A stretch of DNA of 64,000 nucleotides. It comes from Dicyema japonicum. Lineage: Eukaryota; Animalia; Dicyemida. Under the pieces are notes generated by a model that did no database searches, was not told the origin of the DNA, and was given only the letters and a program-made list of their open reading frames with translations. The stretch spans positions 681,482 through 745,481 of the forward strand of contig RDEW01000019.1 in the NCBI GenBank assembly GCA_011109175.1, read 5' to 3'. Positions 1-12,949 of the stretch are shown here, piece by piece. Made by a program: the position numbers and the translations under genes. Every line of letters begins with the position of its first letter. Within the stretch, counting starts at the first letter, position 1.

Positions 1-599
1 TCCATTTTTAGATAAACTCATTCTGTGATTAATTGACATTTATTAATGATAATTCTTTAATCTTATCTCTTTGATGATAATTATATTATCTATTTTGAGC
101 CTTTTGACTTTTTATGAAAAAAATTTTCAATAATATTTTCCCGAAACCGCCGAAACAACTGAAGTGAAGTCCTTAACTTGGTTCATTCTTAAGCGAATTT
201 CCCAGTAGATAGTTCGAAGAAGGTTTCTTTCGGCACCTTTTGAAGCAACTGAAATAAAGCCCTTACTTTGTTCACTCTTAAGGTCATCCGCTTCACTAAT
301 CTGGCCGACTGTACTTCTTCCGTGATGACCAAATTTACAACTGTTGATAGGGCGGGTGGCGACAGGTTGTTCTGAAAATATGGCGCTTCGTTTTTAGCAA
401 ATCGAGCGTGACGGGGCCGGGGATAGCGGTAGTGTTGACAGAAATGAAGAGACGAAGAGCGCCCTTTTTATCACATTCAAGAAGTTTAAGGCCTAACGCT
501 TCCAAAAACTCATATCATCATTGTCACTAAAATGGAAAGTTGAACGGTGACTTCACAAGGAGAAAACAACCTTGATGACGAAGGGGTGAGTTTAATTCG

Positions 600-1420
600 A
601 CCGATCTGCCTGGAATAGTCAGAGAACAAAGGGAGAGGAGCATAAGCGTCATCCACGATTCAATCGCTGACACAAATCAATGAACAGGGCAAGGATCAAA
701 GAACAATAGAATTGAACTTGTTTTAGGACTTGGACTAGAATTATTCTCTTCCTCCTGATTTTGGAAGCAAAAGGCAAGCTGTTCCTCTCAGCATGTATCG
801 TGGGAAATGTTTCCTCTCCTAAATGGCAAACAAAATGGGGGATGTTGCATTTCAGCATTAAATAAGACACCAATTCTGGCAGTTATTATTATCTAACCCC
901 GAAAAAGGGAACATCAAGAAAGAAAGAGTTAAACCATCTAATAAAGTGATCCTGGTAGACTTCAACAGGATTGAGAGCTTTTTGCTGTGCTCACGAAAGC
1001 GCAATGGCAGCTTTGGATAAATAACCCAATTGAAATGAAAATAGCCAGATTAAAGTAGCAGTTACTTTTTAATTCTGAAAGGTGGTCTTTTGCACATGTA
1101 ATCTGATCATGTAGAGATGTGTGATAGAGTTGATATATGTTATGTTATCCAGTTAAGTCGTGTTCGATCCTAGGAGATCCATGAACAAGTTTCCTCCACT
1201 CTCCCTGATCCAACGTGTTGTTGTGGTGTATACATTCTCTGAAACTTATTCCAATATAAGAGCTGTTTATGGGGAAAGACCTGGCAACCTACCCTGTATT
1301 TAAATGCCAAGAAAATCTTATGAGCAAACTCTCCTACGATAGAGTTGTTAGTCAGCCTAACAAATAAAAGGTTCATGTGGGTCATCCATCTTATTTCTCT
1401 CTTATAATTATGTATCATAG
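600..1420 (-). mobile_element. Degenerate non-LTR retrotransposon C-terminal fragments (L1/Tx1-like, tentative)
   Basis: Broken frames resembling a zf-RVT-type C-terminus (FAHKIFLAFKYR..VFP; CHLGEETFPTIH). A 3' tail motif shared with other copies lies at about 886-960. Confidence 0.3.
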
Positions 1421-2259
1421 TCCGTCATTTTGTTTATAAGATCAATCATGTAGCATGAAACGATGACACGTCAGAAAATAGAAAATCATCTCAAACTTCC
1501 AGTCAATTAGGTATTTAACAAAATTATTCTAAAAGTACAAAATGTTAGAACCAGTTAAATCAGGCGTACCAAACTGCGGTCTATAACACACTGTCTATTT
1601 TCTTAGAAAATCAATGTTTTTAAAAACTCCTGAACAGGCTATTGTTGTTGAAATAAAAAATCGCTTTTCTCAAGAGAATCGGATGTCTGGTTACACTTAG
1701 AAGTAATATCCGTAAAATCCAGTGCCCCCAGTTGATCTCCAATGCTATTGTGCGAAACAACACTGTGGCATTTTATTTAAGAACGTCAAAATCACCAAGA
1801 AAAAGTGGTACAACCATCTAATTAAGTGATCCTAGGTTCTAAGAATTTCACAATCTCCTTGAGTGGTACCCCAGCGATTTAACCGTCTCCTCGAAATTCT
1901 GCAGAGGAACTCGACATGTGTTATTTTTTTCAAAAATTGACCGTGATTCGTCATAAGTAACCTCTCCTACTCAGTCATTTTTTCAGTCGATTTATTTAAG
2001 AGGAGATTAGCAACCGATGCTCTCACGCGACGGGAGAAAAGGCATGATGAGTTCAATTTCGTGGAGAAATACTTTGTGTAAAACTCACTAAAATTTCATA
2101 TTTCTGGAAATTAAAAAAAAAATTATCTTCAATTCTAAAAAAACAAAACAAATGACAAAAACTAAGTAAAATAAAGGCTAATTAACGATAGGAAGTGTAA
2201 GGCTCCTTTCTCTTATTAGTGTAACAAACACTTATGGTCCCAATAAGCTAAAATTAGAA

Positions 2260-2930
2260 GACAATGAACCATCATCGAGACAATCGTGGCAGTCACACCA
2301 ATCAATATTTGGAAATTCTTCGAAAGAAAGGCCGACATAACTGCGGGACATCCCTACAAACAAACCAAACCCATACCTCACTAAAACAAAACAAAGCGGT
2401 GCAATTCTGTCTCTGGTCAGATGGACAACAAGATCTGGGTAAATGACTCAGATAGGCATAATTATCCTTGCCATTATCACCCCCGCAGCATTTAAGCTAA
2501 AATTAACTATTGACTCGAACTATTTGCTGCATAGAGTCGAGAACGACTACAAACTCATTGTAGAAATCGACCATTTTGTTAATTCCAGTAGAGATGCTAA
2601 GAATGATACTTTCCTTTTTCGCCGCCAAAAATATCAAAAATACGAGAGAACCGGAAAACGTGATGACCAAAAAGAAAAGGAACTAAAATTAGAAATTGTA
2701 TTACAAAATATTTATGATATTTGGAATTACTACACAGAATCGAAAGTCCTGAAATGGCAGATAGCGCATAAATAATCCCAAGTAGAAAGACAATAGAGAT
2801 ACCAATGTAAAAATGCGTAGGGTCACTTAGACCGTTGATAACCTGTCTGAAATTTACTAAAACAATGGAGCCGAAGTAAAAAGCGAAGCCTGAAACGGCC
2901 TAGAAATAAAAAACTAAAGTCACCAGGAAA
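2260..2930 (+). mobile_element. Degenerate RTE-like LINE fragment
   Basis: KWQIAHK..RY..K...W...KR..KRPRN resembles the RTE C-terminal RLxWxGHV...RxxGRP region. Multiple stops. Confidence 0.3.
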
Positions 2931-3975
2931 ATCAATGCATTTAAGGAAACAAGGCAACCAACAACAACTGACATTATGATATGAAAAATTCGATATTTTA
3001 TAGTGCTTCAGTGGTTACCCAGTTTAAAAATAATTTTTTATTAAATATTTTATTTTGAACAAAATCATATTTTTGTTTAATTACTTAATTATTATTTGAC
3101 AAAATATATTTTAACAATAATTTAACATTGAATGACTAACTTGATAACATAACGTTAATGACATCGGATTTGAAGGTCGAGGGTTCGTATCCGAAAAAGG
3201 AGTTTTCAGCGAAGGTCAATTTAAGTAGATCCCACCAATGAGGCAACGGTAGTTGAAAGGGATCTTCCTATCTTCTCTACCCAAATCCTCAAGTGAAGAT
3301 TACCATTATGAAAACTCTCGCGCTGAAGAATGAAGTGATGTCCGCGACGGTAGGACTTGTGATAAAAATGGAATAGGGCGAACATACTTATCACCTCTCT
3401 TCTGATGCGGAATCCTGCAATGTGCTATTGGACGATGGATTTGGTCGGAACAAGCAGATGTTCTCCCTTGGGTTCCTTGGATTAATTATTTATGACTGTT
3501 TGTGCTGACTTTCTAGAGACTGTAAGGTTGGGGTTAATAAATAAATAATTGGACTGGCACTCATGTAATTTTAAATTATTTATTTGTTACGTTAGTGTAA
3601 ACAATATCATAAAATCATTGCAGATATCATTGCACAATTTCATTTAAACATGAATCACTTATACTTATTGAGACGATTGATTTTTAAATTTAGACAGCTT
3701 AAAAGCATTAATTTAACATTTGAATGGACCTCATCGGCCATTATAAAATGAACAATCACATTAAACAATAAGTACTTTGCATATTAAGAATTGATTGGTT
3801 CAATCAACTGTCTATCTGTCATGACTATTCTTCACAGTTGTAATTAAACCAGGTCAAATTTGACAGATGTTGACAGTTAGGAAAAATACCGATTGATAAT
3901 TATCATTATAAGCAACATTCGTAAAATCATAATAGTTATAATTTACACGTGCAGCATTCAAAACAATCCTCCGAA

Positions 3976-4300
3976 CCAACTTCTTCCAACCTCCTCGATC
4001 AAAGAGAGTTTCCTCAACTCGTCCAGGTCGTCCACACTTCTAAGACGTTCGTTCACGAGCTCTAGATCATCGTCAAGTGTTTCAGGTAGTGTAATACGCC
4101 GGCGTCCACGAAAGCACGGTCCCTGTCTCATAAGTAGTCCTCCATTGCTATGTTCGCTGGAGTGCCAAAGTCCGATTGATAATGGATTTCAGTAATAGTA
4201 CCAAGCAATTTAATTTTCATGCACCTTAAAGTTAAAAGGTTGAAAGTTGCTTGAAATCTTGCTTTATAGAAAATAAGCGTCATAGTAACAAAAAAATCGT
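3976..4300 (-). mobile_element. RTE-like LINE 3' fragment
   Basis: Translates to TPANIAMEDY..FRGRRRITLPETLDDDL..RLRSVDDLDELRKL, matching the other RTE copies in the window. Confidence 0.7.
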
Positions 4301-4412
4301 TAGGTAACAAAAAAGTCTTGCCCACGTGAAAATCTTAGGACAATATTAATTGCCCGCGCTATACAATGTGGTGCCATGTGGCTACCTGATTTAAGATTTC
4401 TCTTCCTTCACT

Positions 4413-4660
4413 TTGATAACACTATTGGATCAGCATCACACGAGAAGCTCAATGCCTGGCCAGCATTTAAAAGGATCCATCTATTCAATCCATCGCGAGA
4501 ATAGTTCGGACCCTGACGAAGAGTTCTGGAATCGACCTCAGCTCCCTGGAGAACACATTCCCGATCACTGTGCTTGGGCGAACGTTCTGTTGGAACGCGT
4601 CAGGATAGAGGAATTAGTTAGCTTGGTTTTATCCTTGGTCTTTGAAATAATTTAAAACAA
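4413..4660 (+). mobile_element. LINE 3'-end family A, copy 1
   Basis: Clear nucleotide similarity to 9925-10140, 11180-11440(-), 52750-52990(-) and 57936-58155. Shared end TGGAACGC..GGAT..TAGTTAG..TTTTA(C/T)C..TGGTCTTTG..ATAA; coding end approximately WNASGSR*. Confidence 0.55.
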
Positions 4661-4789
4661 CAAGTCAGAAATATATGGAAATCGATATTTCAAACAGAAT
4701 TTTCATTGATATCATTTTAGCATTATTTAATTGCGTAGATTAAAGACTCATGTTCGACACTAAAATGAATAAATCAATTTTCGAACTTT

Positions 4790-5300
4790 ATAAAAGAGAT
4801 CTAGAATATTTAACCTTAGGACGAGAAAATAACGATCTTTTAGAAAATTTTCTTATGGAACCATAATGATTGACTACAAAGAACGCTCCTACATGTTCAA
4901 AGACTTCGGGACACATGCATCGACTGTCCTTGACACTCAACTGTTTCAAATACGATGCAATTTGTCTGAAGACAGTATCCACGTGGCGATAATATTCTTG
5001 CAATTTAAACAGCCAGTCGGAGCCGTCAGTAAAGTTCCACGAAGCACTCATTGAATGAAACTCAAGTCCCTCAAAAGACCAACGGACTCCCATGCTCTGG
5101 ACAACCAGCTACCCTAATTGTCTCTGAAAAAGGAAGGAGGGATAAAAAATTGATATTAAAAGCAGCTTTAACTACATTCGTTGTGGTATTATTTTGGAAG
5201 ACTGATTCGCACTCTCCACCACAATATACAACAATATACATACAGCTCCTACGGAAAAACGTCAAACCTGATCCATGACCAATATTTTATTTTTTCGTCC
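4790..5300 (-). mobile_element. Degenerate LINE C-terminal zinc-finger fragment
   Basis: ORF 4788-5093 contains RCMCPEVFEHV, similar to the CCHC motif of non-LTR elements. Confidence 0.3.
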
Positions 5301-6699
5301 ATGGGAGTCTAACAGAGGATTTATCCAGTCCAACTTTGTTTAGTCTTAGCTACTCCCCAGATTTAGTACATCTTTCCATGGTGAATCCTAATGACTTAGG
5401 CAGGGGAGACGAAAAACTGCCAACTAGAATTGCAATCTTTTTGCTTGAATTGGAGAAACTACTAGTATAGAACCTGTATCGACTCCCTATCTACTACCAG
5501 CATTATCATGAGCGCTGTAAAAGCATTATTCCCAGCAGAGAAAAACGGAGATGAAAAAGGAAAATATCAAAGGCTCCTCGATCGATTTTTGTTCCGTGCG
5601 ACTGCTGTCGAGTGAACTGAAATGATAAACAGAAAGAATTCGTCTCCTCAATAGGCTGAAAACATCTGACCAGACTCAGAATCTATCCACGCAGTTCTTT
5701 CTTTAGGAAAATTAACAGAGACGTAGATGTATTCAGTACATACGGGACTAACCAGTTTCTATGACTTACCAATGGAAACGATCAAACTCTTAGTTGAAAA
5801 GGCGAAGAAAGCAAGCTCCGTTTTTTTGAGCGCATTTGAAAGAAGAGGTCTCAAGGTGCCCAGTTATGCGAATCGAGTTTTGTTCCATTAGTAGTGGATG
5901 TGTTAAAGGCCCTGGATATGCAAGTGTACTCGACAGTAAGTTTTAAGAACTGGTTATGGAGTATAACATAATATTCCTGAGACGGACGAAACAGGTCATT
6001 ATGTTTACGCGGATAAATAATTTAAAAAAAACACATCCCTTCCAGTAAGGATAGGTAATGTTTCCATTAATTATACCCACCTTAGACAGAACACACAAGA
6101 ACAAAACATTAATGTTACTTAATCCAAGGCATGCCCAAGACTTTGAAATTGTTCTTTACTTCTCATTCTTTTTATTTGTTTGTGTGTGAGTCCTAAAGAC
6201 AACACAGTTCCGCAGTGATGAGACTCTGCTGATAACGTCACTCGTCAACTCCAAAGCATTGTAGATGCGTTGAACCTTCAGCCGAATGGACAACAGTGGG
6301 ATTTGAACCGTGAGCTCATCATTTTTGGCCAGGATCTTATTAAGCTGAGCCACCCGGATAAATAATTTGGATTTAATAAATGTTTTTATTGTTATAGAAT
6401 TACGGCTTAATAAAAAATTAAAAAATTATAATTAAACCAGTTTTGTTCTTGTGGACTAATTTTTGTTTCAGGAACTAAATTTCCAAAGCGGTAATTAAAC
6501 GTAGTGGTGAAAACTGAATAAAAAATTTCGGAAAGGATTATCGCAACTTTTTTGAAAACTATGTGATAGACTTTTGTAATACATACGATTTATTGTGTAA
6601 ATACTATTTTTCAGAATTCTTCAGACAAAAAATCGCATTGGTTAGCTACAGAAAGATAAAAGGAGAGGAAAAATTTGCAACCAATCGACTAAAATAACA

Positions 6700-7010
6700 G
6701 ATAACCAACGACGAAGTATATAGAATTACTCAAACAATAAAGATTGGGAATAAAGCTATTTCTGCGAAGTGTCAGCTCTTTGGACATATCCTAAGAGCCT
6801 CGGAAATGACACCGACCAATCAGGCCATGGAAGCATACTTTTCTTTATTAAACAAAACAACGTATCGAGGTCGACGAAGAACTCACTTTGATAGGAAGAA
6901 AACTGAAAACAGGAAAGGATCTAGATGATCTGAGGGCGGGTGCGAGAAACAGGGGAGGATGGAAACGACTCACAGCGCGTATCCAGAGATGCATGGCAAA
7001 AGTGGAATCT
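6700..7010 (+). mobile_element. RTE-like LINE fragment
   Basis: QLFGHILRASEMTPTNQAMEAYF...YRGRRRT motif. Confidence 0.7.
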
Positions 7011-7209
7011 CAAATTAGTTAACTTTTTTGTTCCGCGGACATTGCTAATAATAATAACATCAATTGAACGGAAACTCACGCGTTTAGATGAAAAATGGAG
7101 ATTCACAAAAATCTCGTCTCTCTTCTTGAAATGGTAAAAAATGCAGATGCAATGAGGAAGATGTGGAGCATTTGAACGCGTAGAAAACACGTGTCTTGGA
7201 TTTTTTATG

Positions 7210-7510
7210 CAATGCTTTCACACAACCAATCCTACTCTATAACCCAGGAACGAGGAGAACGTCGAAAACAGATCTTAAGAGTTTCTACGGATATCATAGG
7301 AATCAGCTGAGGAAAGTCGTAGGCATCTAATAGCCAAAAAACTAAGAAACGACTACTTACAAGCAATGCAAAGAAATAAACTACATGGATGAGGTGACAA
7401 CATGAAACACTATTATGTATGACTTTTTTTAAACTAAGATGGATTTGGGAACTTTCGTGGACAGCTGAAAATTATACTTAGGAGACAACTGAAAACGGCG
7501 GATGACCTTG
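7210..7510 (+). mobile_element. RTE-like LINE fragment
   Basis: LLYNPGT...YHRNQLRKVVGI motif, as in the 18.9 kb copy (LLYNAGTW..FHRGQLR). Confidence 0.6.
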
Positions 7511-7549
7511 ATGTATTACGGAAACGTGTAAGGACGAATGTTGCATTAT

Positions 7550-7900
7550 TATTAACCCCGGATACATCGAGAAAGAAGTTAACAACTAATTAAGTGTCTC
7601 CAATTCCCACTGCAAGAAATAGAGTTTTTCCAATATCACACAAGTCCATCCAGCATCGCATAAAAGGTAGAAGACGTCCATTCCTTCAGTTTTGAGAATA
7701 CATTCAATGGAGTGGGGGAAAGCAAATGATCTATTTTCGTGCCAGTATGGCGTTTGGCGCTACCTGATTTGATCGATCCCATGACACCACTCTATTGGAA
7801 AAGGGGAGAGTGGAACAGAAGAAGCAAACAGAACTCTTCAATCCAGTAGCCACATGGCACCACGTAACCCAAAGTTGGATGAAAGAAACTGATAGAAATG
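7550..7900 (-). mobile_element. LINE 3'-end family B copy
   Basis: Homologous to 52195-52500(-) and 29270-29540(-) (WCxxAxxLKxSVCFxCS..). Ends in TTTCTCG..ATCCGGGGTTAATAA. Confidence 0.5.
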
Positions 7901-8359
7901 ATAATACTGAGCACGTCAAAAATCAAGTTTTTTTCAAATCATCTTGAGATCCTTGTTGAGGGCCACAGATAGTGACTCTTGACCTTCTTCTAAAGAGGGT
8001 CTGTTCTCATTGTTGAAGTATTGTTTCATTACTATATTTGCAGGGGCATAATGTCCATACAAAGTACAAGCCCAAAGAGTCTCCATCTCGATTCAATGGG
8101 TGATTTGGTTGAAGGAAACTTAAACAGAAATGACAAAGACCAAATTTTTTATTTTATCGCCCCTGGATCACTGGGTTAAAAAACCCTTAGCTAACCAAGC
8201 ATCTCATTGGATGGACTGAGAGGATTTTGTAGAGAGGGCAGTTTGGAAGGTTGATCTTCTTTAGGAGCTCTCACTCGAGAACCTAATCTGACTAGACTAT
8301 AGTCGATCATAAGACACACCCACAAGTCACACCCAATAGAATAGACACGAAATATATAA

Positions 8360-9497
8360 TTAATTATTATCGAATTCAAACACGCACATTAACGGGAAAT
8401 GATCTGAAGGATGATTCGAGGATGGGATTCCTCCATTAACTTCCACGTGGTTTCTTTTGGGTAATTGTAAATAGCAAGAAAGATTTAATCTCCATTTATC
8501 ACATTTTTCCGTATACCAAATATAATCTACCATTTTCCCACTCACGTGTGTGTAACATGAAATCCGTGATTCACTTGGATTATAGGCTGAGTTTAGAGAA
8601 AAGCTGTGGTGAACTTCTCCAGTTTGTTCGCATGACACGTTGTATAGAGGATCACTTAGTTCTTGACTTCCCTGCAAGTTTAGACTGGCATGTCCATCAC
8701 GAATAAATTTATAAAGCGGAGAGTGTGGATATAAATTCATGTCTCCACAGAGAATCACTGGAATTGAAGAATTATTGGTAACATGGTCAATTTTATCCAG
8801 CAAATGCATAATTTGAGCCAATTTGATGTCTCCACGTTTCATGTTGAAGTGAATGTGAGTGTTTGCGAAACATAAACGCTTAGAAGCATTTGCAGCTGTT
8901 AAAGAAAATACACCAATTTGACCGACATTCTGTCCAAAATACTGAAATCGGTCAATTTTGGAATATTCTACATCCAGGTAATCCTCAAGTTTCAATTTCT
9001 TCTTTTTCCAGGCCAAAAGACAACCAAATTCCGCGTTTCCCGTATTCTTCTTATAGCGTAGTTCATAACCTATGAATAATGATGATGCAATAAATTGAAG
9101 CATAAAATGTAATACAAACCAAGTTTACTAAGATTTGGTGTAAAATAGTCCTGGAGATACAAATCGTCGACTTCTTGCAGAGCCATGATCTACTTGGTAA
9201 TAAGCAATCTTACATCAGGATATGCGGATTTTATTTCAGCAAAAAGTAACTTGCATCTTTTATTCCACTCAAAATACTTCCGGTCGGTATATGAATAAAT
9301 GTGGGGCATTTTTTCACACAAGCGTCAGACAGGATGTTGTAACTCATCGCAGTAAGGCTGTTCTCTTTCAGTTCTGGACTATCACAATATTCTCCATTGG
9401 AATTCTTCCATTTTCTGCAACACATACCATCAAAGGAAATCTGATTCCTAATATTTGAGATGTGCACCTTAGGATGAGTAGTTATAATTTTTAGCAT
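8360..9497 (-). CDS. ANGEL: Angel-family protein (CCR4/nocturnin/Angel EEP superfamily 2',3'-cyclic phosphatase), 3 exons
   Basis: Motifs MSYNILSD, IMALQEVD, ANTHIHFNMKRGDIKLAQ (Angel-type), ILCGDMN, VDYIWY, PSDHFPL. Introns are 24 nt (9190-9213, gtaag..tag) and 50 nt (9070-9119). One apparent -1 frameshift in a G run at about 9303-9306. Confidence 0.92.
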
Positions 9498-9924
9498 TAA
9501 GTAATTAATATTAATATATTAATAAAATTTTTGATAAATTTAATATTATTATGCGTTAATTTCAAACATTTTATAATAATTGTTTTGTGCGTTGTCGTAT
9601 TGTTTTGTATTTTCAATTAATCGATTAACTTTTAATGTGACGTCATCTTTATAATCTTAAAACCAACCGCTTAAGCGAATATTACAAACACTGATGGCTA
9701 TTTGAGCGGATTTCTCTCGCAGTCCAGAGGGGGACACAGTTAGGACTGCGCCTTTAACTTAAAAAATTATACTCTTTCAAACGAATTGGGGATAATCTGA
9801 CAAAGCTCATACTATCTCTTAAGTGGCATCATAGACACGTGAATATTAGTGGCTATTCATATTTAAGTTTAAAAATTTTTTAAAGAATTGATGAAAAAAT
9901 GAATCACAGCGTACGGATCCACTT

Positions 9925-10140
9925 AACTCAGAAGATGCCCATCGCCTGGCAGGTATTCAAAATGATCCATTTCTTTATTCTAGCGTGAGACTACTTTGCT
10001 TGCTGAAAACGAGTTCTGGCATCGACCTTTCAGACAATCCCCTCTGGATCAATGTGCCTGGAGGAGGGTTCTACTGGAACACGGCAGGATTTCGAGGTTA
10101 GTTAGTTTAGCTTTACCCTTGGTCTTTGGAATAATTTCAT
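9925..10140 (+). mobile_element. LINE 3'-end family A, copy 2
   Basis: Nucleotide similarity to 4413-4660 and 11180-11440. Confidence 0.55.
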
Positions 10141-11179
10141 TCCAATGCTATTAATTAAGAATGCTTGAGATTCAGGATAAATTCAGAATCTCGCCATGTC
10201 CATTTCAGATAAAGGTATACATCTAATGCCTCCTGGTTTGATGAGTGTCTTAGTCATCAGTGATACCTCATTTCAGAACTGGATTGTCTACTGAAATTTG
10301 CGCGAAACCAAAAGAAAATAATAAGTTAACAATTCTCGATGCTTTGACCTCATTCCTACGCTTAATTGGCATAACTGTTCTTTTCCTCTTGAAATTAAGT
10401 GCGCTACCTTCCCAAGTGGAAGTTAAGTAGCATCATTATTAGCTTATTAAATAGATAAGTATTGACTTAACTTTATAGTGGCCTCAGCGGGTGGCGCAGT
10501 GTAACGAGTACTGGGAAAGACGTCTGATGGCCCTTACGAATCTCGCTGCTGTACATTCCGGTTGACAGTCATGGGCACTGTCCGCGACAATGACCACTGT
10601 CTCCTAGCAGATGATCTATCAAGTTTGTTCAATTTCGGACAAACGATCTTTCGTGCATTCGACACTTCCATTGTTCAGAATTTCGAATTTCTGATGTCTC
10701 CAAGTCCACCACCGGCCACTTAGAGATTCTCGTCTCCATTTGGATTAATTAGCTCATTTGGATAACTTGTTCTCTCTCTTGTTCTTAAAAATAAAGTTAA
10801 GCCAAAATGTGTGGCTGGTCCAAGTGAGATGTCGACATGTCGTCTTCATCTCGCAAACGAACGGAAAAAAGTCCACCACCTCGTCGATGGTCACGAGAAG
10901 GAAGACATTAGCTTCTATCCGTCATAAAGCAAATTAGACATTTAGTGCAATAGAGGTATGCCACCATCTCAACCTTCCGACCAATTAACCGCATGGCTAA
11001 ATGGATCACTTAACAGAGAACTACAGATACTGCATTGGACACGTGAATATATTATTCAGAATGTCCATAAAATACAACGAATTGGGATTAATGGTTATTT
11101 TTAAGACAAATTATTTCTGAAAAATTAAATTGATTAATTTTCATGCTTTTGCGGTTGATTTTTGTAATTGACTTTTATT

Positions 11180-11440
11180 CAATGAAAAATAAATAAAATT
11201 ATTCCAAAGACCAATGGTAAAACTAAACTAACTATTCCTTGATCCTGACGCGTTCCAGCAGAACCTTCACCCAATAACAATGACCCAGAGGAGGTTGTCC
11301 TGGAGTTGACGTCGATTCCAGAACTCGTCCCAAGAAACGGAGTTGTATCACTGTGAAAAGAATAGTTGGATCCTTTTGAATGCCGGCCAGGCAATGGGCG
11401 TTTCCTGAGTAAGGTGGATCCAATGACGCCAACAGGGGGT
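11180..11440 (-). mobile_element. LINE 3'-end family A, copy 3
   Basis: HCLAGIQK..EFWNRRQL..WNASGSRNS*, with the shared 3' tail. Confidence 0.55.
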
Positions 11441-11619
11441 AAGAAGATGATTTTTAAAAATAAAATTAAAAGTCACTTTTAAGGACAAAGGCTCCATTAT
11501 GGCTTGCGAGCAGGGAGTCACCCCTCATGACCTATACTCTGGAAGCTACACGATCAACCTGATTTACATTGTTGTACTGGGGTCAACCTCGCCAAGCATA
11601 TTCGACCAACAGCCTTCAA

Positions 11620-11790
11620 GAAATAGATTTCGTAATTATGACGGTCAATTATCGTTAGTACTTTATTGACCCGAGTAATGATGTCCATGGAAAGCATATA
11701 GAAAGGTTCTAATTCTTATTAAAATTTGAGGGCAGTGCTAAATGGCAAAATAAAAGGAAACGGGACCCACACGACACCATCTAACAAAAC
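11620..11790 (+). mobile_element. Merlin/IS1595-like transposase remnant
   Basis: MTVNYR..FIDP..VH..HIERF..GSAKWQNK, homologous to 19860-20000. Confidence 0.6.
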
Positions 11791-11799
11791 ATGTCAACT

Positions 11800-12700
11800 C
11801 AAAAAGCTCCAGGAGCCGCCTAAGATAATTGATTATAAAAGCGGGCCACACTAACAAGTCTGAAAAACACTGTAATCTTATTGAAGTGTTTTTAATAATT
11901 TGTGAGCCTACTACAACGACTATATTAAGCTATCGCTCCACCTGAACGCTGCCAAATTCCTCGTTGAAAACTCTGAAGTTTGTAAACCTTTCAGAAAGTT
12001 ATGAATAAAAGCCAGAAAAGGCGCCGAGAACTGATTATCCATGTCTTCTAGCAGCTGACTGAATTTCCGATGGTTGAGAGCATTGCCTTTGATAAAGTTC
12101 ATTGTTTTTGTAACCAAAGTAAGCAAGTGATTCAATTTTAAAGCCTTTGAACACAAATTCTGCTGATGAATAATGCAATCAAAATGTGCAAATGATTAAT
12201 CTGGATAAGAGTTCCCAATTTTTGCTGGCAATTTACCAATTGTGTCTACCAACCATATTCGCCGCATCAGTAGATAAAAACTGCAAGTTTAGTCAAATCA
12301 AAATCATAGTCATGCAGAATCTGTTCGACTTTTTCACAGATGTCTTCGCTCGTTGTAGTGACACTGGAATCAGTTCTTCATAAATGTTAAATTCTCTGTA
12401 ACAGGCAGATAAAAACTGCAAGCTGTGCTATTCTAGTGATGTCAATGATATCATCAATTGCAATAGAAAAGTGCTCAAATTTATGATCAGCTTTCAACTG
12501 CGAGATACACCAAGTCAATGGGAAACTATTTGAATTTTCATGATTTCAAATAGCATCGATGAAGGCTCAAATATCAATAATGGCTGCGTAAAAATATCAG
12601 GTGCAACTTTTGACAAATGATCCTATAAGTTCATTCAATTTATTAAACCGAATCCTACGTGCACGCGACTTTTGTTTAAAACTTTGGCTTTACAATGTCT
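11800..12700 (-). mobile_element. hAT (GTF2IRD2/SPIN-like) transposase fragment
   Basis: HCIIHQQNLCSK..VTKTMNFIKGNALNHRKFSQLLEDMD, plus FSIAIDDIIDITRIAQL; similar to the 37-39 kb element. Confidence 0.8.
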
Positions 12701-12949
12701 CCTGAGTCTGTCACCTTGTCCCTACACATGGGAAAAATTCTGACGTACATTTATGTGAGCTTCATAGAATTCTAAGATGACTAGGAATTCATAAGACCGA
12801 AACGGTTTCTGAAGATGATCGAAAATATAGAATAATCTCAAATTTCAATATTAGCTAATAATCAGCTATAATGATAAACATTAAAGAAGCATATGTCAGT
12901 TTATATTAAAATCTTTAAACAATAAATTCGAAGACCATTTGGCACTGCC

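Noticed and set aside
3145-3200. tRNA or tRNA-derived SINE head (GGTTCGTATCC resembles a T-loop)
   Set aside because: No acceptor or anticodon stem can be formed. The adjoining sequence (related to 15185-15355) looks like decayed LINE coding sequence.
3226-3270. Hammerhead ribozyme (GATCCC..ATGAG..GAAAGGGATC)
   Set aside because: The core reads CCAATGA rather than CTGANGA, there is no stem I and no UH cleavage triplet.
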